Positions 12,641 through 24,579 of a stretch of DNA of 64,000 nt are shown here, piece after piece. A program made the translations under genes and the position numbers. Every line of letters begins with the position of its first letter. Within the stretch, counting starts at the first letter, position 1. The DNA lies in assembly GCA_035084275.1 (NCBI GenBank), contig CM068749.1:8122001-8186000 (forward strand), in the 5' to 3' direction. Origin of the DNA: Hydrolagus colliei (Eukaryota). The notes beneath the pieces were generated by a model that saw only the letters and a list, made by a program, of their open reading frames with translations, ran no database searches and had not been told where the DNA came from.

Positions 12641-12709
12641 CGAGATCCAGTTTTCCAGTACCCTTTGTGTGAAAAGTTGGATATTTGTCTCCAGTATCAA
12701 GGATCACTT

Positions 12710-13175
12710 TTTATTTTTGGTGGAAGGGCAGTGGAAAAGAAAATTTCCATTATCGAATGAAGTACATTGGGATTCTCCATAACATGTCACCCAAGCCAGC
12801 CCAATAGCAGGTGCAGAGTAACTACTAGAGTTGAGTGGCATTTTCCTTCAAGAGTTCTGTTATACTGAATGTTTCTTCAGAGAAATCAGTATTAAATGGT
12901 TCATAGATGAGAAAACCTTGACTGAGGACATCATGGCTAGGAATGTTTTACAACCATCGATTACAAGCTGCTCTGAGTTACTTTTAGTTTGCTCCATATT
13001 TTTCTCATGTATGAATTGAAACCAAATTGCACTTGAAAAAAGGCATCAAATACCGCATTAACCCGAAGAATGTTTTAATGATTGTACAGTAAAATGCAAC
13101 AGTAAGTATGTGATACAGTTCAATACAGGTGTTTTCTTGTTGCTGTTCAATTGGAGTCGTGCACCAGTCCTGGGT
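12710..13175 (-). terminator. ACBD6 3' UTR with candidate poly(A) signals
   Basis: Minus-strand ATTAAA at 13079-13074 and AATAAA at 12715-12710 (another at 12300-12295). The site actually used cannot be determined from DNA. Confidence 0.4.
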
Positions 13176-13330
13176 TTAGCCTTTCGAGGTGGTGTGCTGG
13201 CGTATCATCTTGGAGATGTCCTTGCAATCTGTGACCTCTTCAGGCAGACAACCTTCTCCGTCCTGGATGGTGGGATCTGCACCAGCATCCAACAGCAACT
13301 CCACAATCTCAGCAAACTCGCAAGCCGATG
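13176..13330 (-). CDS. ACBD6: Acyl-CoA-binding domain-containing protein 6, terminal coding exon (end of ankyrin repeats and stop)
   Basis: Manual translation of the minus strand gives (A)SACEFAEIVELLLDAGADPTIQDGEGCLPEEVTDCKDISKMIRQHTTSKG-TAA, co-linear with the recalled human C-terminus ASACEFLDIVELLLQSGADPTLRDQDGCLPEEVTGCKTVSLVLQRHTTGKA. Acceptor is tcttcctcttgactgctttcAG (AG = plus-strand ct at 13331-13332). The 155 nt fit the phase left by the 31-nt upstream exon. Confidence 0.95.
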
Positions 13331-13753
13331 CTGAAAGCAGTCAAGAGGAAGATGTTATTGAGGGTGCATGTTACATGTCACGGTGATGAAAACACAATCC
13401 TCCTCCACACCCTGTCTGGGTTTTAAGGTGGATGGACCTGATATTTTTCCTCTTGAAAAATGAATAACAAATGAGTCACGTAACCTGAATTTTTAATACT
13501 GTATGTTGAAAAACACACTGATATGTATGTACATAATGGGCCTTTGATTATAAACGGAAACAAAATTAGCCACAAGCAAAACAGAAATTTCCACTTGTCT
13601 TGACTCGCGTTTGGATTCACTAAACTATTTTTCTGCAACCTTCCGACTCCTGCTGTTGTTGTTGTTACCATGTGGGTAATCGAAGGGGTGAAACCCTAAT
13701 CCCAACAGTTTGTTGGCACAGTGCTATCAGCTGGTGCCACTCTGCTGCCAGTT

Positions 13754-13794
13754 CCCCCTCCAGCCCCTCCCCCCCCCCCACACACACACACACA
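13754..13794. repeat. C-rich tract followed by (CA)n microsatellite
   Basis: ccccctccagcccctccccccccccc then cacacacacacacaca. Confidence 0.85.
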
Positions 13795-15629
13795 AATACA
13801 CTATATATGCTTTTAACCTCATATTTCTAAAGTCAATGATGTTCACCAGAACAAACATAAATAACTACAGACTAGATTTGGAATGAGATGGATCATATCC
13901 ATGACAGCTGTCTTCAACAAACAAAAGCGATCCAATTCCACATGTCACTCCCTGTGACCCGTTTTATTCAGAATTGCAATCCATAAAGATCAAAAACTAA
14001 AACCCAATGATGATATTTTTGGCTTTATCCAGGATGGAAATTTCAAAGGAACAAAAAAAAGAGTAAAGCCCAAATAGGATAAAGGCAGCTGCCAATTATA
14101 TAGCCAGATGAGACCTGCCATATCCTCAATGATACATTTTCAATAGGAATATAGAAAAATGCATCTTTCCATGAATAGGCACATTAAAACGTCTTTTCAA
14201 TACCCTATCAACATCAGACTTTTACAAAATGTGTTCATGTGTGGATTTCAAATGTAGAATTTTGAACGAATATTGAATGAAAGGAACCTGAAATTCCAAG
14301 GATGCAACAATGTCACAGTGGTGATGTGCTGCCAAACCGGATTGCAACAGAATGTAAAATCCTTTGCGTCGTCATTAAATCACACCACTTTGTGCATGGT
14401 GTTATCAAATTAGGAGTAGTGTGTGGAAGGCTGATTGCTTCAACCTTTGATCTGGTCCCATTGCCCAGCTATATCGTCCCTTTGGCAAGTTCAAACGCAA
14501 GTCCATTATAGCTTGAAAATTGAACTTCTTTTAAATAAAGAATATTAAAAGAAGTGTTTGGATTCTGTTTTATCATTAGTCTTGATTACTTACTTTTAAA
14601 TGAAAGTGCTATTTGTGCCTGCCAACTTTAGCCCCAGTCTTATGTCAGCAACCCGGTAGTCCCAGGTCACTGAAATCACAGATATAGAGAAAGCTATATC
14701 CACTCTGACTCAACGTTGGTTCACAAGTATAATGAGGCTAGCACTCCAAGTAATATATTCTGTGTTATTTTGCAGTGGTGCTGTAAATTGTTGTCCAATA
14801 TAAAAGTGTTCTCGGGGAGGCAGACACAGTGGGCAGTTTCAAGAGGGAATTGAATATCTTTTGACGGCAAGATGGGGGAGATGTGAGCTCGGAAGGGAAT
14901 AGTATTTGAAAATGGGACTGGCCAGGTCTTTTCTGTTCCTGTAAATTCCTACCGTCTTTGTGCTGCGGATTTACACCCAATAGTGTTGAGAATGTTCCAA
15001 ACTGGTTTTGTGGAAGACTTTTGCAAATGTGGTTTGTGGAGAGGTACAGAGAGATGCTTATCCATGGGGCTAATTTATTATCAGCAGAGATTATCACTGG
15101 TTATCAGCACTCAGTGTTCAAATATTGGTCACCCTTCACTACCCCCAGAGAGTGATCCACCAATCGACTAATGACCGGGTTCCTAATTACTGTTAGGTAA
15201 AAACTTGCCCAAGGTCCTGTAGCCCACAGGTTTCTATTGACCCACCCCATGGCTATTGCAGAGTTGGGAGGTAATTATACCTTATACAGATACAGGGTTT
15301 CCCTTAGTTTACCCTAAACTAAGAAATCTTCAGAGTCACCTGCACATTGATGCTGCCACTACCTCCAAGTAACGTTGATTCTAATGAGCAACAATAACAA
15401 TAAAATTGTTAACATCTCTTTGGCTGTTAATGAGGGGTGGCACTGTTTCCAGCATTATTGCATTTCAATGGCAATTCTGGCAATATTCTGTACTCAATGT
15501 CTCGTTAAAGTTTCCATTCTGAGGGGTTAGAGCACCATTGCTCTGTGATTATGGATCACAGCTGCTACAGCAACAATGCATGCATTAAATTGAACTAAAA
15601 TTCAGCAAATGAATGTTAATTATTGGGTA

Positions 15630-15790
15630 TAATAATAACAAAAATAATAATAATCCTTGCATTTGATATAGTGCTTTTCAAGTGATCGAGACGTCTCAAA
15701 GCGCTTCACAGAATATCCCGTAAAGTGAACTGACTGTATATTTGTGGGTGTAAAGCGGCAGCCAATTGCACACAGCATTATTATTATTCT
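15630..15790 (-). mobile_element. SINE 3' half
   Basis: aataataatccttgcatttgatatagtgc...gtctcaaagcgcttcacagaata...ggcagccaattgcacacagca. Confidence 0.85.
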
Positions 15791-16927
15791 TAACTGAATG
15801 TTTGTTGATTCATGGCAAGAAAATTATTTTGTTGGTGAACTCAAAATATTGTCTATAGGTAGCTTCTCTTGATGTATGCTTCAAAGAGTAGGTTCAGCAT
15901 GTCAAATAATTCTCTCTCAACATTTTAGTTCCTCTTGATTAACTGGCTTTAAAAATATGCCCTTAGTTATTGGTCGAGCGTAACAGAAAAGGTGACAGTT
16001 GGAACAAATGCTTTCAATATACCAAACAGCTCTTTTTCCATATTCCACTGATTGAGGGAAGAAACAAAAGTAACAATACAGAGTTGGGTTCTACACTACT
16101 TAGTCACGTGATTTTTTCCCCTTTAACATTCTCCTACAACTTTCTTATGTTAAACTTATGGAGGCATCAATTTCATTGTATGAACTGTGGTGACTCCACA
16201 AAAAACACTAAATCAGGTAAATTTCACAGTCCATGCAAATTAAAGTCATTGTGAAAATGTCCCTCCTTTTCTGTACTTTACCAGTTTCCACCAAAAAAGG
16301 GATCGAAACGAGGAGAAAATGGTAGTCCGTTTACACCAGATTAAAACCGATATTGTTCCGAAAGCTTTCACTGAGGATCAAACCAAGTCCCACACTGTCT
16401 GCTTCTGGCAGAATGTAAAGCTGGAAGAGGAAATGTAGACTGTCACTGCCACTGATCTAATGTCCCAAGACCAGTAAGAAAGACCTATAACTCAGAAGCA
16501 AGAGATCCACAAATGAGTTATAAACTCTCTGTGCTGAGTGCTTGAAATTTAGTAACACACTGTCAACTAGTCAGGTATTGCACTTATTATACAGGCATTG
16601 TTCTGCAATAAATTAAAAGCAATTCAGAATAGGATAGTGTGCTCCCAATTTAGCAGGGACACAACTAAATAGATTGATTAAAACTAGACAGTGTTTTGGG
16701 GTATAATGCAGATATAATAGTGGAATGGAAAGGGATTCTGGATTGGAGTTTGACAGGCAGAATGGACTCCGGGAAGGAGTTACGCAATTTTAGGAGGGAT
16801 TCCAGGATGCAATTCAAAAGTTAGAAGGGACTTTGAAATGGAGTATGACCCTGCAGAAAGTTCCCGTTAAGATTTGAGGATAAAAGATAGTCCACATCTC
16901 TTTATCAGTGCACTTGCACAGATAAAG

Positions 16928-17445
16928 AGTGTCACCTGTACTTGGTTTAATGTAGCAGTGTCTGCCAGGACATATTCTGTGTAGCTACACAATCAACGTC
17001 TGTCAGAGATAGTTTGGTGTAGTTGCAGAGAGTCAGTGTCAGCCAGCCCTGAGTCAGTGTGTGCCAAGACTAGTTCAATTTGGCTGCACAATTAGTGTCT
17101 GTCAGGCCTGGTTCAGTTTAGCTGCCGAGAGACAGAACCTGACAACACTGATTCAGTGTAGCTGCTGAGTGTCAACACTGGTTCAGTTTGGATCCATAAT
17201 TAGTGTCTGCTATGGCTAGTTTAGTGTAACTTTCAGTATCTGTTTCAGTGTATTACTGAAACAGTCAGTGGACCAGTCAATGTCTGACTGGTCCACTGGA
17301 CACTGGACCAGTCAGTGTCTGACAGCACTGGTCCAGTGCAGTTTCCAAGTCCATGCCAGGGCTGGTTGAGGTACAGCTGATGAGAGTAAGTGTGTGCCAG
17401 GGCTGGTTCAGTGCACATTGCAGAGAATCAGTGTCAACCTGGTTC
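16928..17445. repeat. Degenerate minisatellite, about 38-40 bp unit
   Basis: About 12 imperfect units of approximate consensus agtgtctgccagggctggttcagtgtagctgcagagagtc. Confidence 0.8.
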
Positions 17446-17529
17446 CCGGGATTGAGGGAGACTGGCTTTAATTTTGGCTGCCAATGGTGGGGTTGATAGG
17501 ACAGGGAACATAAAGCACGTCACTATTCA

Positions 17530-17960
17530 CTGATGAAGACAGTCCAACGGGACTGATGGAAGTTATCCGGAGAGGACGGCCAGCAACAAGCCATACCAGT
17601 GGAGAGAGTGTTCTGGAATACAAAGGATTGCTTCTATGCGCAAGCAGGAAAAATCTACAAAGGACTGAAGGAAATTATACCGGGAAAATGTGGGCAAAGA
17701 ATACTCCGAGAAATTCACAGAGGATGGTAAAAACTGTTGGCAAGGGAACCGACAGCCTGACCAGGGAAATCCACACAAATACGGTATTTTTTTGAATCGT
17801 GTTATTTGATTTTTGATACAAAACAAGGGAAAAAAACAAACTAATCCATCACTGGATATTGAAACAAAATGGAGGAATATTGAATGGACATACTCCACAG
17901 AACAATGGATTTGTGGAGACAAATGTACAAACTGTAGAGTAGATGATGAGGATGGCAGGT
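17530..17960 (+). mobile_element. Fossil Ty3/Gypsy pol fragment (RNase H-integrase linker, zinc-binding region, part of integrase core)
   Basis: Frame-hopping translation: LMEVIRRG(R)PAT (17553-17588, GWP motif); FWNTKDCFYAQAGKIYKGLKEIIPGKCGQRILREIHRG..KLLAREPTA*PGKSTQI (17611-17781); HTPQNNGFVETNVQTV (17889-17936). These match YWxxRDEL..G.IYKG...IP......L..IH.GH.G....ARE...WPG and HPQSNG.VER.VQTVK. Confidence 0.8.
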
Positions 17961-18149
17961 ATTGTGGGATTGAGATATACACTTGGACATTTGACTTTAT
18001 TAGCACATCTATAAAGTGTTACAAATGTGTCAGGAAGGTGCTAGGAGACGGATTGGAGAAAGTGAATTTGGAGTGAGACTGTGTTAAACAACTTGGAATA
18101 TATTCAGTTTGATTTACTTTATTCCTCAAGGAATCATAACATAGAGAGT

Positions 18150-18410
18150 GTGAACAAAGGACTCTCGGAAGGATTTCCAGAAAATGGTATCAGAATGACT
18201 GAAAGCTTGGCTGCCAGTGATTTGGTAGAGAGAGGGTGAGACATGAAGCAGGCCAAAGATTTCTGAGCAAAGGGAGCGGTTTTGTCAGTAGGATCGCAGG
18301 AAAGGTGACTGAACGCGTGGTAAATTAGGGCTCTGAACATTTGGAGGGAACAAGTCGGAGGGACTTTGGGATTAAGTTCCCAAAAGTGGGAGCAGATGGG
18401 TGAAAATTCA
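18150..18410 (-). mobile_element. Decayed L2 ORF2 C-terminus
   Basis: Purine-rich plus strand whose complement follows the L2 pattern (ccatctgctcccac...ttccctccaaatg...tggcagccaagctttcagtcattctgatacc...tggaaatcc). Confidence 0.55.
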
Positions 18411-18529
18411 AATGCTAATAGCGGGACAGATAGCACAGTGGGTAAAACAGGCCAGTGTTCTCTGAGCTAAGGGAGCAGTCTCGTCTGGTAGGTAGTGTTG
18501 CATTGGCAACTCTAAGAGTTTGACTGTAA

Positions 18530-18657
18530 GCTATACAGCTGCCGCATTTAGTCCACAAATACACAGTCAATTCATTTTACAATATATTCTGTGAAGCGCT
18601 TTGAGACGTTTCGAAGATATGATAGGGCACTGTATCAAATGCAAGGATTATTATTAC
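18530..18657 (+). mobile_element. SINE 3' tail
   Basis: gctgccgcattt...cacaaatacacagtcaattca...gtgaagcgctttgagacg...tcaaatgcaaggattattatta. Confidence 0.85.
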
Positions 18658-20214
18658 AATGTCAGTCATATTTCTGCACCAATGTACATCTTATTTCACT
18701 GAATGTCACTAACAGTGAACCATAGTTCACTGTTAGTGAACTATGTTTATATAATACAGTTTTATGGTATTCATAATACTGGAATGCTGATTTGACCATG
18801 GTTGCAAGAAATGAATCACATAAAATGGGTGAAATAATTTTATGGAAACCTGTGTCACTCATGATGTCTCTATGATAGCAGATTTGAGTGGAAAAGGCAA
18901 AGCGTGTTTGAATTCAAAGTCTGGCTTTAAGAAATGCTTATCTAATGCTTGTTTTAGACTCAGGAGGTTAAACAGCTAAATTTATGGCACACCGGGACCC
19001 CCATTTGTCAAGTGACAGAACTTTGGCCTTGCACAAGGGAGGAGGGAAAATGAAAGCTCATTTCTCTCTAAACTTCATCACTCGTGTTATTGCAGTCATC
19101 CCATTCTCCTCGCTGCTCATCTCCCCGTCTGTCCTGACACAGCAGATGGTACCTCCAAAGTAAGGGCTCCGAGGACAGAGAGCCAACCCCTTCCCCATCA
19201 CGTGAACTCCCTCCTCCTAGGACACTTTAATTTCCTCAGGGACTGTTTGTAGGCAATAAACTAACCCCACGAGGATGCTCTGCTACACAATAGAAGGTAT
19301 TGCTGGAGTCTCAGCATAAACAGGGTGCCTGCCTGCTAATTCAGGGTCATCATCTCCGCAACCAAAGTCTCACTCTGTCTCTGTCTCTCGCACACACTCA
19401 CACACGTACCCACACACGGCTGTTAAAGTAATTTAACACAAAATCATTCTGGTCAGTCACAAGATTATGTGAAAAGAGCTGATTTATTCATTTCCTCAAT
19501 CTATAACGTGGTCCAAATGTTCTTATGAAAAATGGGTTTGGGTTATTCAGTTGCTGTTCAGATGAGCTCAGTCCTAACAAACAAACTTTATCACCAACAC
19601 ACAATCGCAACACCACGTTAGCTAATTAAATCTTCACCTTATTATCAATAATAATCCGTGCATTTGTTATAGTGCTTAATTACATAATTCTTTGTGAATC
19701 ATTTGAAATTCATTGCCACAAGTGGCTATGCTGGTAGGATCATTCAAAACAGGGCTGAATAAATAACTGAGATATAAAAATATCAAGAGATTTGGGGAAA
19801 GAGCTGGAAGTGAGATGAACAGAAAATGAATAATTAGAACAAAACAGAGCTACAGTGGCTAAGCGCCATAGGCTGAATTGGAGATCAAGGAGATGATTAA
19901 AGTCGTCAGTAGTTTTAACCAGTAACTATATACCCGCCCACACATATCTTACACCTCCTCACTGTATGTGCAACAAGGATATCAATCTTTGCCACAAATA
20001 AGTACTGGCACAACAACTGTGTTGTGTGGTAAATTGTTGGATCCAGTCTCAATCTTCTGCAGTCAGTGTTCTGTATTTTTGTTAAAAAAATCTCCAGAAC
20101 CTAGGTTTCGAAATCAATGCTACATATAGGAATTAGCCAAATTTGGATGCTCTAAATACTACATAAATAGAGTAAATCTACATTCAGATAGAATTTCTCT
20201 GCATTAATGGAGAG

Positions 20215-20669
20215 AAATTCTCCCCCATTACCCCAGTCCTTGCCAGACTTCACTGGCTCCCTATCCCAGAGAGGATCGACTTCAAGATCCTCAATCTTGT
20301 CTTCAAATCTCTTCACTCCTCTGCACCCCCCTACCTCTCTGACCTCCTCTCTCCTCAAACCAGCACCCATTGCCTTCGCTCCACTGGGTCTGGCTTCCTC
20401 CATGTCCCTGAATCCTCCGCTCCACCCTCGGCGGCCGTGCCTTCAGCCACTATGCCCTGAGGCTCTGGAATTCCCTTCTTCACTACCTTCGCCTCGCCCC
20501 CTCTTTTCTCAGCTTCAGGTCCCAGCTGAAGATCTTTCTCTTCGACTGCGCGCCTTTGGTCACCTTTCTATCCCTACCCCTGGCTCGGTCCCGGGATCCG
20601 CTATTGTGAAGCGCTCTGAGATGCTGTCCGGCGTGGAGGGCACTATATAAATCAAAGTTGTTGTTGTTG
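20215..20669 (+). mobile_element. L2 LINE 3' end (ORF2 C-terminus, 3' UTR and (TTG)n), 5'-truncated
   Basis: From 20221: SPITPVLARLHWLPIPERIDFKILNLVFKSLHSSAPPYLSDLL...LRS, a frameshift, then STLGGRAFSHYALRLWNSL...FRSQLKIFLFD. This is the characteristic L2 ORF2 end. Confidence 0.92.
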
Positions 20670-22472
20670 AAACGGGATTGGTGCAGTGGAATTTTACACT
20701 TAGTTTAGATAAGAATAGACCTGAACTATGTGGTATGATAACCAGGTTCCAGATGAATAAATAATGCCTGGATGTTGTTTAAAAACATTAATTCTATTTG
20801 ACCAATTGGGTGAAGATAGTTCTATTAGCTGCCAAGTCTCTTGGGATAGAATAAATTAATCTGTCTAACATGATATTAACGAGAGAGAGAGAGAGACCTA
20901 TTTATTGAACAACTGCAAGAACGATTTGCTGAGCCCAGATGATGCACTGGATAAACTCACCAGATGATGTAATTGTATCTCTCATCTGACAAGTTTACCA
21001 ATATCAGATTAGTATCAAGATTGGTAAAGTCAAGTGTGTGCGTTTGTATGTGTTTCTGTGTGAGTGGAACCGAGAAGGCGGTAGGTTTCAGGTTTGAATG
21101 GACCCATTACCTATTCACCATCATTACCTATCCCACATCAGCATCCTTTGATGGCCTCTCAAGTGGATAGTCAGCAACTCTCACTACTTTGGCTGAAATG
21201 TGAGAATGGGCCCCAAGGTTGAGGTGCTCGAGATCTGTTTGTGTGAACGTGAGTCTCACTGAAAGTGTTTGAAACCCAAGCAAAAATGTCAACAAGGGAC
21301 CTAGAAATTCATTGCTCATAATCCACTCCTGTCAAATGGTCTACTCAATGCATGTTGAAATCTTATGTTTGAGAGGATAAAGCCTACCATAAATTGCCTG
21401 CTATATGCCAATCATAGAATGATGACACAATTGTCTCTCTAGCAGCTCACTGACCAGAAATTAATTGTTCAGTAAAAACCGAAATAAGACCAAGCTTAAC
21501 TCAATTAAACCTATGACCGTCAGAGCTACTACCTGTTTTATTTTTCCAGATGGACCTTAGGTATCATTCTCTGTTATCATTCAAATTCATGACCACAAAA
21601 TTCAGATTACCCGGTTACTCACCACACTGTTGTTTATAGGACTTTGCTGCTGCAGTTTAGCTGTCTGTATTATGCAGGCTCGAATTCATTTCAAATGACT
21701 GTCATTTTGTCAAGTGCTTCAAGACACTCTTTTACATGAAAGGCACTTACATAAATGTAAGTTGTTGTAAATATCTGCAAGCAGTTCTGAAGGACACAGA
21801 GACAGTCCTCAGAAGCCAGGCCCTTTCTGCTCTCCTGGTGCTGACCCACGGCTCTGAATTTACAGGGATTAAACTCCAGCTGCATCTTGTGTCTCAACAA
21901 TGTGCCTGACACAACGGGTAATCAGTTGAGCTGTCAGTTTTAAGGGCCCTTGTCAAGCCTAACTATAACTCATACAGAAAGGGAGGGACATCAGGCCCTG
22001 AGAGAACCATCAAAGGGGAGGGGGGGTGGGGGGGGTCACAATCTCTCAGTGGAATTCACCACAAAAAACAATCAATTTACCAAACAGTCTCCCATAAACC
22101 TTTGTCCAGCATGAGCCCATCTATGCATTGGTCAGTTTCCCTTCCATAAAAAGTTTGTATGAAGGGCATTCAATTTATTAAAATGCAACACAGATGTCTG
22201 ATTCTATTATGTGCACAAATGCTAGCATTCAAACCCGGTACAGACTCTAGCTGTCATTGGCTTTTCAGTGCCTGGATCTGAACATATTTTCTCCTTGGTC
22301 CACAATAAACAAAACAATAGTTCCCCACAAAACAGCTCATTACCGATACACCAAAGTTATGTGCTGTTTGTCAAAAGATGGACAAGGCCTGAATACGTGT
22401 GCAACGTGGGTGTGTGTGTATATCTATATTATATACTATATATATATATATAAGTATTAAGTGTGTGTATTA

Positions 22473-22865
22473 GGCTGGCTCAGTTGGTAGTACTCTCAGC
22501 TTTGAGTCGGAAGGTTATGGTCTCAGGGACTTGGAACTCATATAGTCTAAGATGACATTTCCAATGCAGAGCTGCTATTTTGTAAGTGTATTCCTTTGGA
22601 TGAGACAAACCAAGGTTCAGTCTGCCTGATTAGGTGGATATTAAAGTTCCCATCCCAGGAGAAGGGAGTTACCTTCTGGTCTACAATCCCCAGATAAAGT
22701 GGACATTCGCGCCATGGCTGTTTGTGGGATACTGCTATGCAGATTTAGCTGTTGTGTTCAACCACAAAATACATAGTCACTACACTTTACAATAAATCAT
22801 GTGAAGCATGAAGCATTCCCGTGATATGAAAGACTCTATACCAAATGCAATGATTATTATTATTA
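22473..22865 (+). mobile_element. Near full-length long-form DeuSINE with a different tRNA-like head
   Basis: ggctcagttggtagtactctc...tgagtcggaagg head; cctttggatgagac; aggtggatattaaagttcccat Deu core; shared tail. A head-only fragment lies at about 38490-38560. Confidence 0.8.
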
Positions 22866-23788
22866 GAATATGCATATGTATGACTGTGTATATGTGTATA
22901 ACTGTGTATATCCATGAATGTGAGTGTGCACTGAGCCTTGAGACGTTCTCCCGACGTGAAAGGCGCTTTACAAATGTAATTCTATTGTCAATGTTCTTCG
23001 TGTACTGAAATACATAATCACATTATAGTAATTAGTGTCTAATGTATCAATTTCTAGAGGGAGAGATTCCTTATCAAGGAAAGTAAAAGTATTTCATGGC
23101 TACTTGTGACTGTTCGGATGTGATCTATTTTCAGAGCAATATTGCCACAAGACAGTGTGATGCACTTCCACTTTCCTAATAAAGGAATACTACTGGAAAT
23201 CACCACATATTAGAACCCCCCCCACCCACCCCATTGGGGCTCTTTATAAAAGAAAAATTATCATTTCCATAAGTTGCTAATTATAACATGCCATGTTTAA
23301 TGCCCTTTTGAACATGTTTAGACATTCTGCATATTAGACCATGAAGCCACTGTATTTCTTTAAAATGAAAACCATCGAATTATTTTATTTCTGTATTTCT
23401 CCTGGTACAATTGTCCTCTTGTGGACACACAAGAGAAACACGGAACATCATCAGGGAAGTAAAGAGAAAATATTGATTCATGGCTTGGAAACGCTGTCGC
23501 TGGCAGATCATTGAGAACCGGTTAGGTACCTGTCCTCTTGTTGGAGGAGGAAGAATCTAACCAGATGGAAGTAACACAAAGCATGACAGGGACATCCTTT
23601 CAAAACATCTCTGCTACTCTCACATGGTACAGAGTTGTTTATTAGCTTCATGAATGTGTGTGATTATTAAAAGTGGAGGAGTTTGTGGAGTGATGATGAC
23701 CTTGTGCATGGCCCAGTTGCAGTGTGAAGCATATACAGATTAGATGTTTAATTTGCAAATAATAAATGGGTTTGAATAACAGGCTTAC

Positions 23789-23819
23789 CGTAGTGTAATG
23801 GTGTCTGTCCTTCATCATC
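23789..23819 (-). CDS. ACBD6: ACBD6 penultimate exon, 31 nt (DDEGQTPLHY plus first base of Ala)
   Basis: Minus strand reads tctaatgtttctttctctggttccAG|GATGATGAAGGACAGACACCATTACACTACG|GTaagc: branch-point-like CTAAT, pyrimidine tract and canonical donor. It splices in frame (G+CA = Ala) to 13330 and matches the recalled human DNEGQTALHY. Confidence 0.93.
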
Positions 23820-24579
23820 CTGGAACCAGAGAAAGAAACATTAGATACCTTCAGTCAAAGAACAATGTACTCAACTACACACATGGTCATGATATTTATA
23901 ATGCAAACAAAATGCATAATAGAGAACTGTTTTGAGGATTCAAATTCCTTAAGAATTTGTTTTAAAAAGCCAGCAATCACAGAAAAGCATAAGAAACGAC
24001 AGTACTTGGAAGTGAACCATTTGGTTGGCAAATTACTTCATTCAATCAATTAAGCGTGTGTGCTTCAAATCCACACTCTTTTTAAAAATATATTGACAGT
24101 ACAAAGTCCAAAAAATCCACATGCACTGCATAGTATCAGTTACTTATTACTACTTATAGCTACTTATTACTGATATTACTTATCAGCTACTTATTACTTA
24201 TTCAGCGCCTTGGGACTTCCTTTCAACGTGAAATGCGCTATATAAATGTAAGTTTTGATTGGTTACGAGATTCTCAGAACAATTTGTAAATAACGAGCCT
24301 AAGTGAGGTGAAACTCACGCATTGTTACTCCACTTGGACATGAATCACAGTCTGTACACAGCTGGTGTATTGGTGAACATCCAGAATGAGCAGCATCAGG
24401 GATTCAATTTCACCCATGGCGAAGTGTGATCCTTGCAAACAATCTGGATGTTAATATTGACTTTAAAGGATGTACTGTAAAGTTGAGTGACTGCATTTTG
24501 TGGGTAAAATTTTGTGGGTAAAACATGGCAGCTAGCTGGTAGTCCACGAGTGGTGATTCAGCCAATATTAACATCACAG

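Larger units (their letters stand above)
13331..23788 (-). other. ACBD6: ACBD6 last intron (10,458 nt, GT-AG, phase 1)
   Basis: Bounded by GTAAGC (GT at 23788-23787) and TTTCAG (AG at 13332-13331); joining the exons gives a continuous ankyrin-repeat frame. Confidence 0.9.

Noticed and set aside
1-13000. LHX4 exons
   Set aside because: I found no LIM, homeodomain or LHX3/4 C-terminal (..WLDEMDH..) peptide. The gene is at most a neighbour outside the window.
13110-13386. Plus-strand ORFs 13110..13334 and 13189..13386
   Set aside because: They are antisense shadows of the ACBD6 terminal exon.
16928-17445. CRISPR-like array
   Set aside because: Units are degenerate, contiguous and lack unique spacers. 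The context is eukaryotic with no cas genes.
20207-20650. 147-aa Pro/Ser-rich ORF (also the longer ORFs 17563..18006, 24829..25263 and 9205..9597)
   Set aside because: These are off-frame or antisense readings of L2/Gypsy fossils or chance ORFs, with no domain signature or splice support.
22015-22035. G-quadruplex-capable G-run (also C-runs at 13754-13779 and 23216-23232)
   Set aside because: Simple low-complexity tracts with no evidence of function.
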